Assembly: GCA_965242925.1 (NCBI GenBank)
Contig: CBDEUM010000030.1
Span: forward strand, 192,001-256,000
Source of the DNA: Roseibacillus sp.
Lineage (GTDB): Bacteria; Verrucomicrobiota; Verrucomicrobiia; Verrucomicrobiales; Akkermansiaceae
Reading direction: 5' to 3'
Length of the DNA: 64,000 nt
The notes beneath the pieces were generated by a model, which worked only from the letters and a program-made list of their open reading frames with translations, was not told where the DNA came from and did not search any database. Positions 1 through 9,837 of this stretch are shown here, one piece after another. Made by a program: the position numbers and the translations under genes. Numbering within the stretch: position 1 is the stretch's first letter; every line of letters begins with the position of its first letter.

Positions 1-348
1 GGTTCCGAAGGCCATCGCTCCCAGCGCAATGGGTGCTGCAAACCCCACCGTCACCGAGATCCATCCCGCCAGGAACCCCAGCGACGGATGGTAGACCTGG
101 GAGAGCAGGTGATACTCGCCCCCCGAGCGCGGAAAGGCCGCCGCCAGCTCCCCGTAACACACCGCCCCGCACAGGGCGCACCCGCCACCCAGGGCCCAGA
201 GAACCATCAACACGAATCCCGACTGAATGTCCACCAACTGGTATCCCAGGCTGGTGAAGACCCCGGTCCCCACCATGTTACCCACCACCACCGCGATGGC
301 CGGCACCAGGGTGACCGGTCGCGATGAGGCGGACCCTCCCTCCGTCAT
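1..348 (-). CDS. APC-family amino acid permease, 5' part (runs off the window edge)
   Basis: Manual translation from ATG at 348: MTEGG...[22 protein letters not shown]...[24 protein letters not shown]; the GTGVF and [13 protein letters not shown] motifs are typical of APC transporters. Confidence 0.85.
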   Translation of the reverse strand, partial: MTEGGSASSRPVTLVPAIAVVVGNMVGTGVFTSLGYQLVDIQSGFVLMVLWALGGGCALCGAVCYGELAAAFPRSGGEYHLLSQVYHPSLGFLAGWISVTVGFAAPIALGAMAFGT

Positions 349-515
349 GCCCTCAACTTAAACACCGGACCCCACGTCGAAAGATCAATCTGGTCCGGAT
401 TATTCCTGCCTGACCGTGAGAAGACCGTCCTCCTGCTGCCAAGCCGCTGGCGCGATCCTCCTGGGCCCGTGCGCTTGTCAGGAACGGAAAAATGGTGTCT
501 AAGTGTGACACGCTC

Positions 516-1727
516 ATGAAGCCCGCCCCCGGTTCCCTGCTTTCCGCCGTCGTGGTCCTCTCCCTCGTCCTCGGCTTCAGTCTGATGGCCCAGCGGGATG
601 GCGGAAAGTCCCCCGCCCCGGCGGGCCAGGCGGCCGGAAACGTTATTGTTCCTCCTCCCCTGGAAGATCTGGGGAAGGACTATAAGGTCAGGCTGGTCTA
701 TTTTGTTCCCAGCGACCGCAAGGTGAAGCCCGGTTACCGGGAAAAGTGCGCAGTCCTCATGCGGGTCGTGTCCGACATTTTCCGGAGGGAAATGAAGGCC
801 AACGGACACAGAACGCGGGGACTGGACTTTGAGTTCGCCCCGGATGGCCGCCTCCAGGTCCACCTCGTGAATGCCAGGCAACCCTCCGCCTTTTACACCG
901 GAGAACCCTTTGATGTGGATCGTCTCCTGAACTCCCAGCAACAGGAAATCTGGGAAACCACCGGCTATTCCCGCAACCGGCCCACCCTCGTGTTTTCGGA
1001 GGCCGGAGCCGTGGCCGAAGCCAGGCCCGTCCCTCACGTCTATTCGGGTCTCGCCTGCGTGTCCGGCGACATTTTCCGCGACGAGGTCACCGCCTCCACC
1101 ATCGAGGAACAGCTGCGCTACTTCATGGACCCGACCCTGGTGACCAAGGTGGCGGGATCGGAAAAGCGCTCCCGGAACCAGGAATCACAGACCAGCAATG
1201 GCGTCCTCATCCACGAACTGGGCCACATCTTCGGGATGCTGCACGACACCCGTGATCCCCGCAACATCATGATGCGCGGATACGATCATCTCGGACAGAT
1301 GTTCGACCGCAAGACCGCGCCCAGTCGCCCGGTCCGCTTCTCCCCGGCCCACGCTCGAATGGCCGCCGTCAGCCGCTTCTTCAGCGAATCCTTCGACAAG
1401 AGAGACACCAAGGCCCCTGAGATCCACGAATTCAAGGTCGCCAGTCCCCCGCAGGCCGGTGAGAAGACCGTCAAACTCTCCCTCAGCATGAGCGATGACA
1501 AGGGACTGGGACCCCTCGTTGTTCTCCAGCGGGGCGGCGGACAGATCGACGCCCTCGTGAAGGACCTCTCGCTGAAGGGAGCGAGAAAGCGGTCCGGGAT
1601 CCTGACTGCCACAGCTCCCCGGCCCCTGGTGGCCGGACAACCCTTGATCTTCATCGTGAACCTCTTTGATGTGAATGGGAACCTGAGCCAGGCTGTCATC
1701 AACTCACAGGTGACGGCCAAGGAGTGA
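516..1727 (+). CDS. Secreted zinc metallopeptidase-like protein
   Basis: Signal peptide and HELGHIFGMLH (HExxHxxGxxH) followed by a Met-turn-like NIMM; start ATG 516 preferred over ORF start 492. Confidence 0.7.
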   Translation: MKPAPGSLLSAVVVLSLVLGFSLMAQRDGGKSPAPAGQAAGNVIVPPPLEDLGKDYKVRLVYFVPSDRKVKPGYREKCAVLMRVVSDIFRREMKANGHRTRGLDFEFAPDGRLQVHLVNARQPSAFYTGEPFDVDRLLNSQQQEIWETTGYSRNRPTLVFSEAGAVAEARPVPHVYSGLACVSGDIFRDEVTASTIEEQLRYFMDPTLVTKVAGSEKRSRNQESQTSNGVLIHELGHIFGMLHDTRDPRNIMMRGYDHLGQMFDRKTAPSRPVRFSPAHARMAAVSRFFSESFDKRDTKAPEIHEFKVASPPQAGEKTVKLSLSMSDDKGLGPLVVLQRGGGQIDALVKDLSLKGARKRSGILTATAPRPLVAGQPLIFIVNLFDVNGNLSQAVINSQVTAKE

Positions 1728-1977
1728 GAACTACGCCATCAGCTCTCGCAAGAGCTGTGCCCGGCTGACTCTCCATTTCTCCCAGTGCTCAAATTCAGAA
1801 ATCGGAGTGGACGAACTGCGGGAAACTCTCTTAGACGAGGCCGGGGACAGCGCTAGCCAGTTCAACGCTCTACGGGCCAAATTCGCACTCTCAGCGCCGA
1901 GGAACGCCGCACCCTGCTTCGCAACCGCCGAAATCGAGAGCTCCGATTGCGTCACTTTCCTTGTGCTCCAGGCCTTT
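1726..1977 (+). pseudogene. Degenerate tyrosine integrase fragment
   Basis: Clear nucleotide homology to 7586-7930 of the intact integrase (GAGAACTACGCCATCAGCT... to ...CTCCAGGCCTTT), with ~95 bp internal deletion and small indels. Confidence 0.85.
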
Positions 1978-2396
1978 CCTGATCACAAAAACATTTATTT
2001 GCCTGCGCGGACGCCAGATTGAAATCTCCGAATGATGATCAGAACCCTACGCGAGCGCGGACAGCACACCAATAACATGGAGAGGCTTCCTTTCTCTCAA
2101 CTGGCTGCCCGAATGCTAGGGCATGGAAACCTCGATCCGGTAGAACGATCATCGCAAGTCCCGGCCATTGCGGGCAAACGAGGTGAACCCCGTGCGGAGA
2201 TTCTGGAGTCAACACGGCGCGACCACTGCTTAAACTGTGGGGATTGAATCATCTGGGTTGCCGTTCTCTGCTGGTTCAGCGATCGCAAAAATCGTGCTGG
2301 CCTTGGGCAAATGAAGGTGATCTTCCCCAATTCATAGGGATGCGTCCCACCTTGATGTCTTGTTGGGGACAGAGTGGCACGGTAGAGTGGTGCCGC

Positions 2397-4739
2397 TTGA
2401 TTGATCCACCTGCTCATCTTCGATCTCTCACAATTCCCCTGCTGTCGATTGGAGTCTTACTCGGCGGATGGGTGACCGCGGCCCCCGATTTCGAGAAGGA
2501 GGTCAGGCCGGTCTTGCAGCAGTATTGCTTCAGTTGTCACGGTCCCGAAAAACAAAAGGGCAAGTTCCGTCTCGATACTTTGTCACCAGACCTTGTGAAA
2601 GAGCGGCGTGCAGCAGAGCATTGGCACGAAGTGCGGATCGCTCTCAATTTGGCAGAAATGCCGCCGAAAGAGAAACCTGCGCCCAACGATGCGGAGCGAA
2701 GAATAGTCTTGGCGTGGCTCGATGATGCGATCGCAAAAGCGAACGAAACGTTCCGCTCGACAGGAGGCCGCGTGGTGATGCGCCGGCTTAACAATGCAGA
2801 GTATCAGAACACGATGCGGGATCTCTTTGGCCTCGATGTGACCTATGCCCGCGATCTTCCGCCCGACGCTGTGTCACCGGAGGGGATGCGCAATAATGGC
2901 AGCGCGCTTCAAATGTCCGGATTGCAGTTCGATTACTATCTCAAGGCTGCCCGGGAGGCTCTCGATCGGGCCATTGTCACCGATTCGGCCCCGGAAGTCT
3001 TTGAGCACAGCTTTGAAAAGTCGACAGAAGAGCGTTGGATTGACGGGGTCCAGCCCTCCAACAGTATTGGCGACAAGCGCGAATTTCTCGTGCGAATCAA
3101 AGATCAGTATCCCGACCAGGGAGCTTTCCGAATCCGCATCCGCGCCAAAACGGTTATCGCGGAAGAAAAGAACGCGGTGCCCTACATGAAGGTGCATGTC
3201 GGTTACCGTCCGGACACCCTGGTGGATCGAGAGCTTCTCGGGGCACGGGTGCTCACTAACGAGGAGGCGCAGGACTTTGAGTTCGTCGGACAACTGGAGA
3301 ACTTTCCTCTGCCAGTTCGGAAACAGGGGAAGTTTCCCGGGTTGGTGATCTCGGTGACCAATGAGGGGGCCAATGTCGGGATCGAGTCGCTGGAATTCAA
3401 AGCTCCACTCTTCGATGCCTGGCCGCCGGAACATCATACGCGTATTCTCCACGACTCCGAGCTGAGAAAGACTGATGAGGGAGCATACGGTCGGGAGGTG
3501 ATTGCCCGGTTTTTGGCAAGGGCCTGGCGTCAGCCCGTGACCGAGAAGGAAATCGACCGCTTTCACAGGTTTTTCGGAAAAATACGGCCGGAAATGGCGA
3601 CCTTTGAAGAGGCCCTCAAGGAGTCCCTGGCAATGGCTCTGGTGTCCCCGGCATTTCTTTACATTTTGGAACCGGATTCTGCGAGCGCTAGAAATCTCAA
3701 TCCCTACGAACTGGCCTCTCGCCTGAGCTATTTCCTGTGGAGCACGATGCCGGATGCAGATCTGTTAGACGCGGCACGCATCGGAACATTGGGTCGGCAT
3801 GACGGCTTGAAGGGCCAGGTGAACCGCATGATCGCCGATTCCAGATGCGATCGCTTCATCGACCAATTCACCTCGCAGTGGCTGGATCTGGAAGCAGGTG
3901 ATCGCCTCGTGATCGATCAGAAAGCCTATCCCGGATTTCGACCCAGTCTGAAGGAGGAGATGCGGCTAGAGACGCAACACTTCTTTGGGGAGCTTCTGCG
4001 AAAGAATCTCAGTGCGCGTAATTTCCTTCAGTCCGATTTCGCGATGTTAAACGATCGAATGGCCCGGCACTATGGCATTGAGGGGGTGCGCGGGCGCAAC
4101 TTCCGGCGAGTGGCCCTCACGGGGGAGCGTGCGATGCGTCGCGGCGGCCTGTTGACGCACGCATCAATTCTATTAGGAACCTCTACCGGCGTGGATGCCC
4201 ATCTCATCAAGCGCGGAGTCTTTGTGCGGAAGCGCCTCTTGGGTGATCCCCCGGCGCCCCCGCCTCCGAATGTTCCGGAGTTGGAAACGGCGGACGAGGA
4301 GTTCGGCAGACTGCCCGTTCGCGAGCAATTGGAGAGGCATCTAAAGGACGCTGCTTGTGCGGACTGTCATCGAGGCATCGATCCCTGGGGTTACGCCCTG
4401 CAGGAGTTCGATGCGGTGGGAAAGTGGAGGAAAGAAGTGGTGCGACCGAATAACGGCAAGGACGGGGTTCCCTTGCCGGTGGATGCACGGGCGCAACTTC
4501 CCGACGGCCGAGAGGTCAATGGAATTCACGAATTAAGGGGCTACTTGCTGGAGCACCGGGAGGAACAATTTGCTCGCGCCCTTGTTTCCAAGTTGCTCAC
4601 CTATGCCCTCGGTCGCAGCTTGAAATTCTCTGATCAAAGCGTTATAGACATCCTGACCAAGGACTTTCTCAAGAATGACCTCCGACTAGCGGATTTAGTG
4701 GAAAGCATCGCTGTCAGTGTAATGTTTCAAACCAAGTAG
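2397..4739 (+). CDS. Planctomycete-type cytochrome c / DUF1587-DUF1595-DUF1592-DUF1588-DUF1585 protein
   Basis: CFSCH and CADCH heme motifs, RRLNNAEYQNT, ELASRLSYFLWSTMPD, RGGLLTHAS; start uncertain (ORF open from 2244). Confidence 0.9.
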   Translation: MIDPPAHLRSLTIPLLSIGVLLGGWVTAAPDFEKEVRPVLQQYCFSCHGPEKQKGKFRLDTLSPDLVKERRAAEHWHEVRIALNLAEMPPKEKPAPNDAERRIVLAWLDDAIAKANETFRSTGGRVVMRRLNNAEYQNTMRDLFGLDVTYARDLPPDAVSPEGMRNNGSALQMSGLQFDYYLKAAREALDRAIVTDSAPEVFEHSFEKSTEERWIDGVQPSNSIGDKREFLVRIKDQYPDQGAFRIRIRAKTVIAEEKNAVPYMKVHVGYRPDTLVDRELLGARVLTNEEAQDFEFVGQLENFPLPVRKQGKFPGLVISVTNEGANVGIESLEFKAPLFDAWPPEHHTRILHDSELRKTDEGAYGREVIARFLARAWRQPVTEKEIDRFHRFFGKIRPEMATFEEALKESLAMALVSPAFLYILEPDSASARNLNPYELASRLSYFLWSTMPDADLLDAARIGTLGRHDGLKGQVNRMIADSRCDRFIDQFTSQWLDLEAGDRLVIDQKAYPGFRPSLKEEMRLETQHFFGELLRKNLSARNFLQSDFAMLNDRMARHYGIEGVRGRNFRRVALTGERAMRRGGLLTHASILLGTSTGVDAHLIKRGVFVRKRLLGDPPAPPPPNVPELETADEEFGRLPVREQLERHLKDAACADCHRGIDPWGYALQEFDAVGKWRKEVVRPNNGKDGVPLPVDARAQLPDGREVNGIHELRGYLLEHREEQFARALVSKLLTYALGRSLKFSDQSVIDILTKDFLKNDLRLADLVESIAVSVMFQTK

Positions 4740-4760
4740 CCGTATCGTCCTGAGCCTATC

Positions 4761-6110
4761 ATGTCTTCCTCCCGACCTTGGCAACTGAATCGACGCACCT
4801 TCTTGCGTGGCGCGGGAGCCGCCTTGGCCTTGCCCACCTTGGAATGCATGGGAGCGCGGGCGCCAAAGGATGAGCCTCGTCGTCTGGCCGCGATCTATTT
4901 CCCCTTCGGAGTGTCGATGCCGCCTGGGGACAGCGGGAAGACGGAGTGGAGCTGGTTCCCCCAGACCGAAGGAGCCGACTACCTGTTCACACAGGCTCTC
5001 AAGCCGCTTGAGGCGCTGCGGAAGGACATCTCCATCCTTGGAGGACTTTCCCATCCTGAAGTGCGCAAGATCGGAGGACACGACAGCGGCGACACCTTTT
5101 TGACAGGGTGCGATCTCATCGGGCGCGATCTGCTCAACGTGCAGTCGATGGATCAGATCGCAGCGGAACAACTTTCCGATCAAACGCGCTTCTCCTCGCT
5201 CGTGATGTCGACGGACGGCGGAGTCGGTGAGCCCACCCGTTCGAGTACGCTTTCTTACAATCAGCACGGGCGGCCAATTCCTGCGCTCAATCAGCCACGT
5301 CAAATCTTTGAACGGTTCTTCGGAGCGGGCGATGACGCGACTCAACGGGGACGCCGACGCTTGCGCAGCGCGGCACACATGCTGGATCTGGTTCTGGAGG
5401 ATGCCAGCGAGGTGCGGCGCAAGCTTGGCAAAAACGACCGGGAAAAACTCGATGAGTATCTTGATTCAGTTCGCGATGTCGAAAAAAGAGTGGAGCGGTC
5501 TCAGGCATGGATGGACCTTCCCGGGCCGGAGTTGACCGACGCCGATCGGGAGCGCCTCAAATTGGATTCCGATTCCAAGGTGCCGGAGGATTACGTCGCA
5601 ACCATGTACGAGCTGATCTACCTGGCTTTCCGCACCGATTCGACGCGGGTGGCCACCTATCAGATCGGAAGCATGGGCGATGCCACCTCGCTGAGTGGCA
5701 AGTTCCCGCAATTGTTGGGTTTGGGCCCCAACCTGCATAGTCTCTGCCATGGTTGGAATAAGCCGGAAGGAATCGAGCCTCTGGGCAGGTGGGATCAGTT
5801 CCTCAGCCGCAAATTCGCGGAGTTCCTTACCCGGATGAAGGAAACACCGGCCAATGCCGAGGGCACCCTCAGCCTTCTCGACCAGACGTCGATCCTTTAC
5901 GGTAGCAGCAACAGCACTACCCACACGAACCTGAATTACCCGTTAGTGCTGGCCGGGGGAAAAGGGCTTGGCTTCCAACATGGATCGTATCACCGCTTCG
6001 ACCAATCGACACCCCTGGCAAACTTGCAGTTCACCATGTTGAAGCAGGCGGGCATTTCGGTGGAGTCCTTTGCAGGCAGTAACGGCCTGATGCAAGAGGT
6101 GCTCGGATAG
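4761..6110 (+). CDS. DUF1552 family protein (Tat-exported), usual partner of DUF1592 proteins
   Basis: NRRTFLRGAGAALALP Tat leader, SMDQIAA, KLDEYLDSVRDVEKR, PLVLAGG. Confidence 0.9.
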   Translation: MSSSRPWQLNRRTFLRGAGAALALPTLECMGARAPKDEPRRLAAIYFPFGVSMPPGDSGKTEWSWFPQTEGADYLFTQALKPLEALRKDISILGGLSHPEVRKIGGHDSGDTFLTGCDLIGRDLLNVQSMDQIAAEQLSDQTRFSSLVMSTDGGVGEPTRSSTLSYNQHGRPIPALNQPRQIFERFFGAGDDATQRGRRRLRSAAHMLDLVLEDASEVRRKLGKNDREKLDEYLDSVRDVEKRVERSQAWMDLPGPELTDADRERLKLDSDSKVPEDYVATMYELIYLAFRTDSTRVATYQIGSMGDATSLSGKFPQLLGLGPNLHSLCHGWNKPEGIEPLGRWDQFLSRKFAEFLTRMKETPANAEGTLSLLDQTSILYGSSNSTTHTNLNYPLVLAGGKGLGFQHGSYHRFDQSTPLANLQFTMLKQAGISVESFAGSNGLMQEVLG

Positions 6111-6317
6111 CCAGTAGTTCCGGTTGCGATGTGACGAGACCTGACCCGGTCGAGCGCTAACTCACCATCACCCCGCCACCGCTGGCTCTCTGATGTCCTT
6201 GCGACTCCTGCCAGTCAAGGGAGCACCGTTTCGACAAGCCGCCGCCCAATGACGTTTCCAGCACCGGGCCACCCCCTGCCCAGTGCCCGGGAAGCCTGTG
6301 CCAAGGGTCCGGGGATT

Positions 6318-6911
6318 TTAACGGTCGCGCGAATCACGCCCTTCTGGCCGTCCCCCGCGTCCTCGGCGGCCCCGGTCACCGAAACTTTTCATCCGCTCGC
6401 TCAGTGCCTCGATCATGGCGGCCTGTTCCGCATCGTCGAGTTGGCCGTCCCCATTGGTATCAACCTCGTCGAAACCACCGGAGAAGGGACCGGAAACTTC
6501 CTCCTTGGAAAGGAGGCCATCCCCATTCGTATCCCGTTCCTTCATGCGCGCGCTGATCTGCTCCGTGATACGGGCGAATCGTTCAGCCCGCTCCTCAGAC
6601 TCTCGTTCTTCCCGCCGCTCCGCTCGTTCCTCGGCGCTCCGGGGCAACGGAATCGACGGGTCCAGCTTGACGACGGGCTTGGGGGCTGCCGGAGGGGCCT
6701 CAGCCTCGGGAACAGCAGGATCTGGCGCCGGAATGGATCGTTCTGACGTTTCACCCCGGGGGGAAGATTTCCTGTTTCCTTCGGTCCGCGGGCGGGGAGG
6801 CCGATCCGAATTGAGGCTTTCCGAGTTTGCCGCAGCTTCGTCATCGCCGCAGGAAGTCAGCACGAATGCCCCGAAAACCATCGTCGAAAGAAAGACGTAA
6901 AACAGTTTCAT
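6318..6911 (-). CDS. EF-hand lipoprotein
   Basis: Lipobox LTSC; two EF-hand loops DTNGDGLLSKEE and DTNGDGQLDDAE; Pro/Arg-rich linker. Confidence 0.75.
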   Translation of the reverse strand: MKLFYVFLSTMVFGAFVLTSCGDDEAAANSESLNSDRPPRPRTEGNRKSSPRGETSERSIPAPDPAVPEAEAPPAAPKPVVKLDPSIPLPRSAEERAERREERESEERAERFARITEQISARMKERDTNGDGLLSKEEVSGPFSGGFDEVDTNGDGQLDDAEQAAMIEALSERMKSFGDRGRRGRGGRPEGRDSRDR

Positions 6912-6966
6912 AAGGCAACCTTGCTACTGCAGCGCCTCACTGCCGTCAATAAGTGAACCCGCAAAT

Positions 6967-7042
6967 CCCCGGATTATCGTAACCCGTTGAGCGCCAGTGG
7001 AGCCAATGGTCGGATTTGAACCGACGACCTGATCATTACGAA
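6967..7042 (-). repeat. att site: copy of the 3' half of tRNA-Thr plus 31 bp downstream
   Basis: 76-bp direct repeat of 16034-16109 with 1 mismatch; identity ends in the anticodon loop. Confidence 0.95.
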
Positions 7043-7125
7043 ACCAACGGGCTATTGGTAACTCATTAAGTGTCAACGCTTATTGCGGACGGTTTTTTGC
7101 GGTTTCCGGCGTTTCTTGTTGAATC

Positions 7126-7146
7126 TTTGGGCACCATTGGGCACCA
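7126..7146 (+). promoter_or_regulatory. Putative integrase arm-type binding sites (TGGGCACC x2)
   Basis: TTTGGGCACCATTGGGCACCA; same motif pair at 15995-16016 inside the other att. Confidence 0.65.
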
Positions 7147-7213
7147 AGGGAGGGTTAATCCGCAGCTCTCAACGGCGCCGTAAAGCCACCAAAAAACAAC
7201 ATTCTGACAGGCC

Positions 7214-8443
7214 ATGGCCCGTTACCCGCAATTCCAAGTCAAGCGCGTCCCTGGCAAGAGCACTCGCCGCTGGCAACTCACCATTCCAGCCACCCAGAGT
7301 GAAACCAGACAACGCCGCCGCCTCTATTTCAAGACCCGCGAAAAGGCGATGGCGGAGCGGGACCGGCGCCGGGCCGAGAAAGAGCAATTTGGTCGCCGGG
7401 CCCTCCACTGCGACCCGGGGCTGCGGGCCGAGGCGCTGAAGGCCACGGAGATACTCAAACCCCTCGGAGCCACCATTACCGAGGCGGTGCGGGAGTTCGT
7501 CGAGCGCAGGGAGCGGGCCAATGCCTCGCGGCCCTTCGGAGAGCTCTTCGCCGAGATTGCCGAGCAAAAGCAGCTCACCCGAAGCGAGAACTACGCCATC
7601 AGCTTCCGCAAGAGCTGCGCCCGGCTAACTCCCCATTTCTCCCAGCGCCCGATTTCAGAAATCACGGCGGACGAACTTCGGGATGCTCTCTCCCGGGAGG
7701 CCGGTAATAGCGCCAGCCAGTTCAATGCCCTGCGAGCCCATGCTTCTGTGGTCTGGGGGGTGGCAGCAAAACGCGGATGGGCCCCAAAGAACCTGACAGG
7801 CGCGGTCGATAAAATGGAGCGCAGGGCTGCCCCTATTCGCACTCTCACCGTCGAGGAACTGCGCACCCTGCTTGCAACCGCGGAAATAGAGAGCCCTGAT
7901 TGCGTCATTCCCATCGCCCTCCAGGCCTTTGCAGGCGTTCGAACCGAGGAATTGCGGCGTCTGCGCTGGGACTGCCTGGACTTGGAGGAGGGCGAAATGG
8001 CCCTCGACGAATCCATCACGAAAACAAACCACTACCGGGTCGTTTCGCTCCAGCCCAACCTTCTCGCCTGGATCAGGCGCTACGCCCCTGCCAAAGCCCA
8101 CCGTTGGGGGCCGCTTATCCCTGCTGACTGGAAGCGCAAGGCCACTCGCATTCGCAACCGGGCGGGTTGGGCCGTGGTCGATCTCAAAACTAAGGACAGC
8201 GCCGCTGCCCAGCCACCCGCAGAGGCACCTGCATGGCCTACCAATGCCCTAAGGAAGTCTTTTGGTTCAGCCCACCTGAAGGCCTTCGGCAGTCTGGATA
8301 CTACTATCACAGAGATGGGACATCATGGTGATCCACGTACGTTCTGGCGATTCTATCACAGGGGATATTCAAGACGGGAAGCCCTCGCCTACTGGCAAAG
8401 CGGACCAGGGGGCGAGGAGATCAAGTTCACGGTGGCGGCATGA
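7214..8443 (+). CDS. Tyrosine recombinase / phage integrase
   Basis: AGVRTEE (catalytic R), TK (K), NALRKS (HxxR variant), MGH, terminal FWRFY tyrosine; N-terminal arm-binding-like region. Confidence 0.92.
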   Translation: MARYPQFQVKRVPGKSTRRWQLTIPATQSETRQRRRLYFKTREKAMAERDRRRAEKEQFGRRALHCDPGLRAEALKATEILKPLGATITEAVREFVERRERANASRPFGELFAEIAEQKQLTRSENYAISFRKSCARLTPHFSQRPISEITADELRDALSREAGNSASQFNALRAHASVVWGVAAKRGWAPKNLTGAVDKMERRAAPIRTLTVEELRTLLATAEIESPDCVIPIALQAFAGVRTEELRRLRWDCLDLEEGEMALDESITKTNHYRVVSLQPNLLAWIRRYAPAKAHRWGPLIPADWKRKATRIRNRAGWAVVDLKTKDSAAAQPPAEAPAWPTNALRKSFGSAHLKAFGSLDTTITEMGHHGDPRTFWRFYHRGYSRREALAYWQSGPGGEEIKFTVAA

Positions 8444-8952
8444 ATGAGGCAGATGAGGGAAAGCGACCGTCTATCGCCGATCTGCACGACTTGCTTTGTC
8501 ACTACGGCGGACGCGTAGTCCTTCATCATGAGAGCGGGACACCATGGACTTTCGCGGCCCCCCGCGGCGAGATGCAGGAGGCAGTGAATCGCTATCTGGG
8601 CTCCCAGAAAGATTCGCCGGACCAGGAGGCAGCAGCAAGGGATCTCGGACGTTGGGTTGAGCTGATACTTTTGGAAGGAAAGGAGAACGCGCGATCGGAA
8701 CTTTGCTATCTTGCATTACGCCTCGGAAAAGACGTTGAGAAAGGGCCAACCAAACAAGCCGAAGTCGTTGGCAAGGTCATGGAATTCGTGTGGGACCGAC
8801 GGGAGAAGGAGCTTTCCACAGGAGCGTTAACGGCCGCGTTGCCACACATTGGGGAAAGCACCATCCGAGAGGTCCTCGCAGAGATTGGGAAGCGAGGAAT
8901 CCTCACAATCGACGACCGTGAGAAGTGGGGAAAGGGATCTCCAGAAAAATAA
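8440..8952 (+). CDS. Hypothetical protein, possible C-terminal winged-helix
   Basis: ATGA overlap with the integrase stop; LSTGALTAALPHIGESTIREVLAEIGKRGIL resembles a wHTH. Confidence 0.55.
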   Translation: MNEADEGKRPSIADLHDLLCHYGGRVVLHHESGTPWTFAAPRGEMQEAVNRYLGSQKDSPDQEAAARDLGRWVELILLEGKENARSELCYLALRLGKDVEKGPTKQAEVVGKVMEFVWDRREKELSTGALTAALPHIGESTIREVLAEIGKRGILTIDDREKWGKGSPEK

Positions 8953-9005
8953 AAAAGTTCCGGAGATAGGTGCACCCCGGAGGGAATCGAATAAGACCCC
9001 TGGGA

Positions 9006-9227
9006 ATGGCTACAAATGAAACTACACCGAAGGCCGTCGGTCCGGAAGAGGTGGCGATCTTTCTATCGCTGTTCCTCCCTGACGGAAGACCGAACCGCGA
9101 AAAGGTTCTCAAACTCGTGCGACAGGGGAAAATTCCCTGCGTACGATTTTCCAACAAGGTGATCCGCTTCTATCTCGATGAAGTGGAAGCGGCCACCCGC
9201 GGCAGAAAGGAGGAGGCGCGTGGGTAA
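9006..9227 (+). CDS. Excisionase-like (MerR/HTH_17-type) DNA-binding protein
   Basis: 73 aa, EEVAIFL...VLKLVRQGKIPCVRFSNKVIRFYLDEV; positioned after the integrase. Confidence 0.75.
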   Translation: MATNETTPKAVGPEEVAIFLSLFLPDGRPNREKVLKLVRQGKIPCVRFSNKVIRFYLDEVEAATRGRKEEARG

Positions 9228-9639
9228 TATCAACGACATTTTCGCCGGCGACTACCTTCGCGCTGAGGACCTTCCCGCCGGCCGACCGGTGTGGGTGGAG
9301 ATCAGGAGCGTCGATGTCCGCCACTTCCCGGACGGAGCAAAGCTGGAACTAGCTTTCAAGGACAAGCGGAAACACTTCCTGGCAAACATGACCAATTCTC
9401 GAATCATCGCTGACCTCTACGGGGGCGAGACTGACGATTGGATCGAAAGGATGATTGGGCTGTACTCCACCAAGGTTGAGTTCCAGGGCCGGATGGTGCC
9501 TTGCATCCGCGTGAAGCCGCCCGAGAGCGTCCGCCACCGGGACGAACGGCCATTGGTGGATCCAGAACCGCCGATGAAGGATTCCCGTGCAGTATTGCGG
9601 AGCTATTCGGCCGACGACGAGGAGGAATTGCCTTTCTGA
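9220..9639 (+). CDS. Phage-type ssDNA-binding-like protein with acidic tail
   Basis: GTG start with AGGAGGAGG RBS; DYLRAEDL...NMTNSRIIADLYG..W pattern seen in phage proteins; ends DDEEELPF like SSB C-termini. Confidence 0.6.
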   Translation: MGNINDIFAGDYLRAEDLPAGRPVWVEIRSVDVRHFPDGAKLELAFKDKRKHFLANMTNSRIIADLYGGETDDWIERMIGLYSTKVEFQGRMVPCIRVKPPESVRHRDERPLVDPEPPMKDSRAVLRSYSADDEEELPF

Positions 9640-9642
9640 CAG

Positions 9643-9819
9643 ATGAAGTCTGGAAAGAGAACACCCGCGGTGGCAGCCGCGGGTAAAGTGAAGACCAGTG
9701 CTGAGAGGCAAATGATCAACGAGGTGACTCTAATAGCCCGCGGACCAGAATTCAAGTGCAGTGTATTCTGTGCGGTTTCTGGCATGAGGACAGGCACTGG
9801 AGAGCTTGGGTTTCTCTAA
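9643..9819 (+). CDS. Small hypothetical protein (58 aa)
   Basis: ATG..TAA ORF filling the gap between the ssb-like and rep genes; contains hairpin CCCGCGG-N6-CCGCGGG. Confidence 0.35.
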   Translation: MKSGKRTPAVAAAGKVKTSAERQMINEVTLIARGPEFKCSVFCAVSGMRTGTGELGFL

Positions 9820-9837
9820 TTTGAGGAAGGAGGCATT

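Noticed and set aside
6998..7042. Second tRNA gene
   Set aside because: Only the 3' half is present; it is the att duplication
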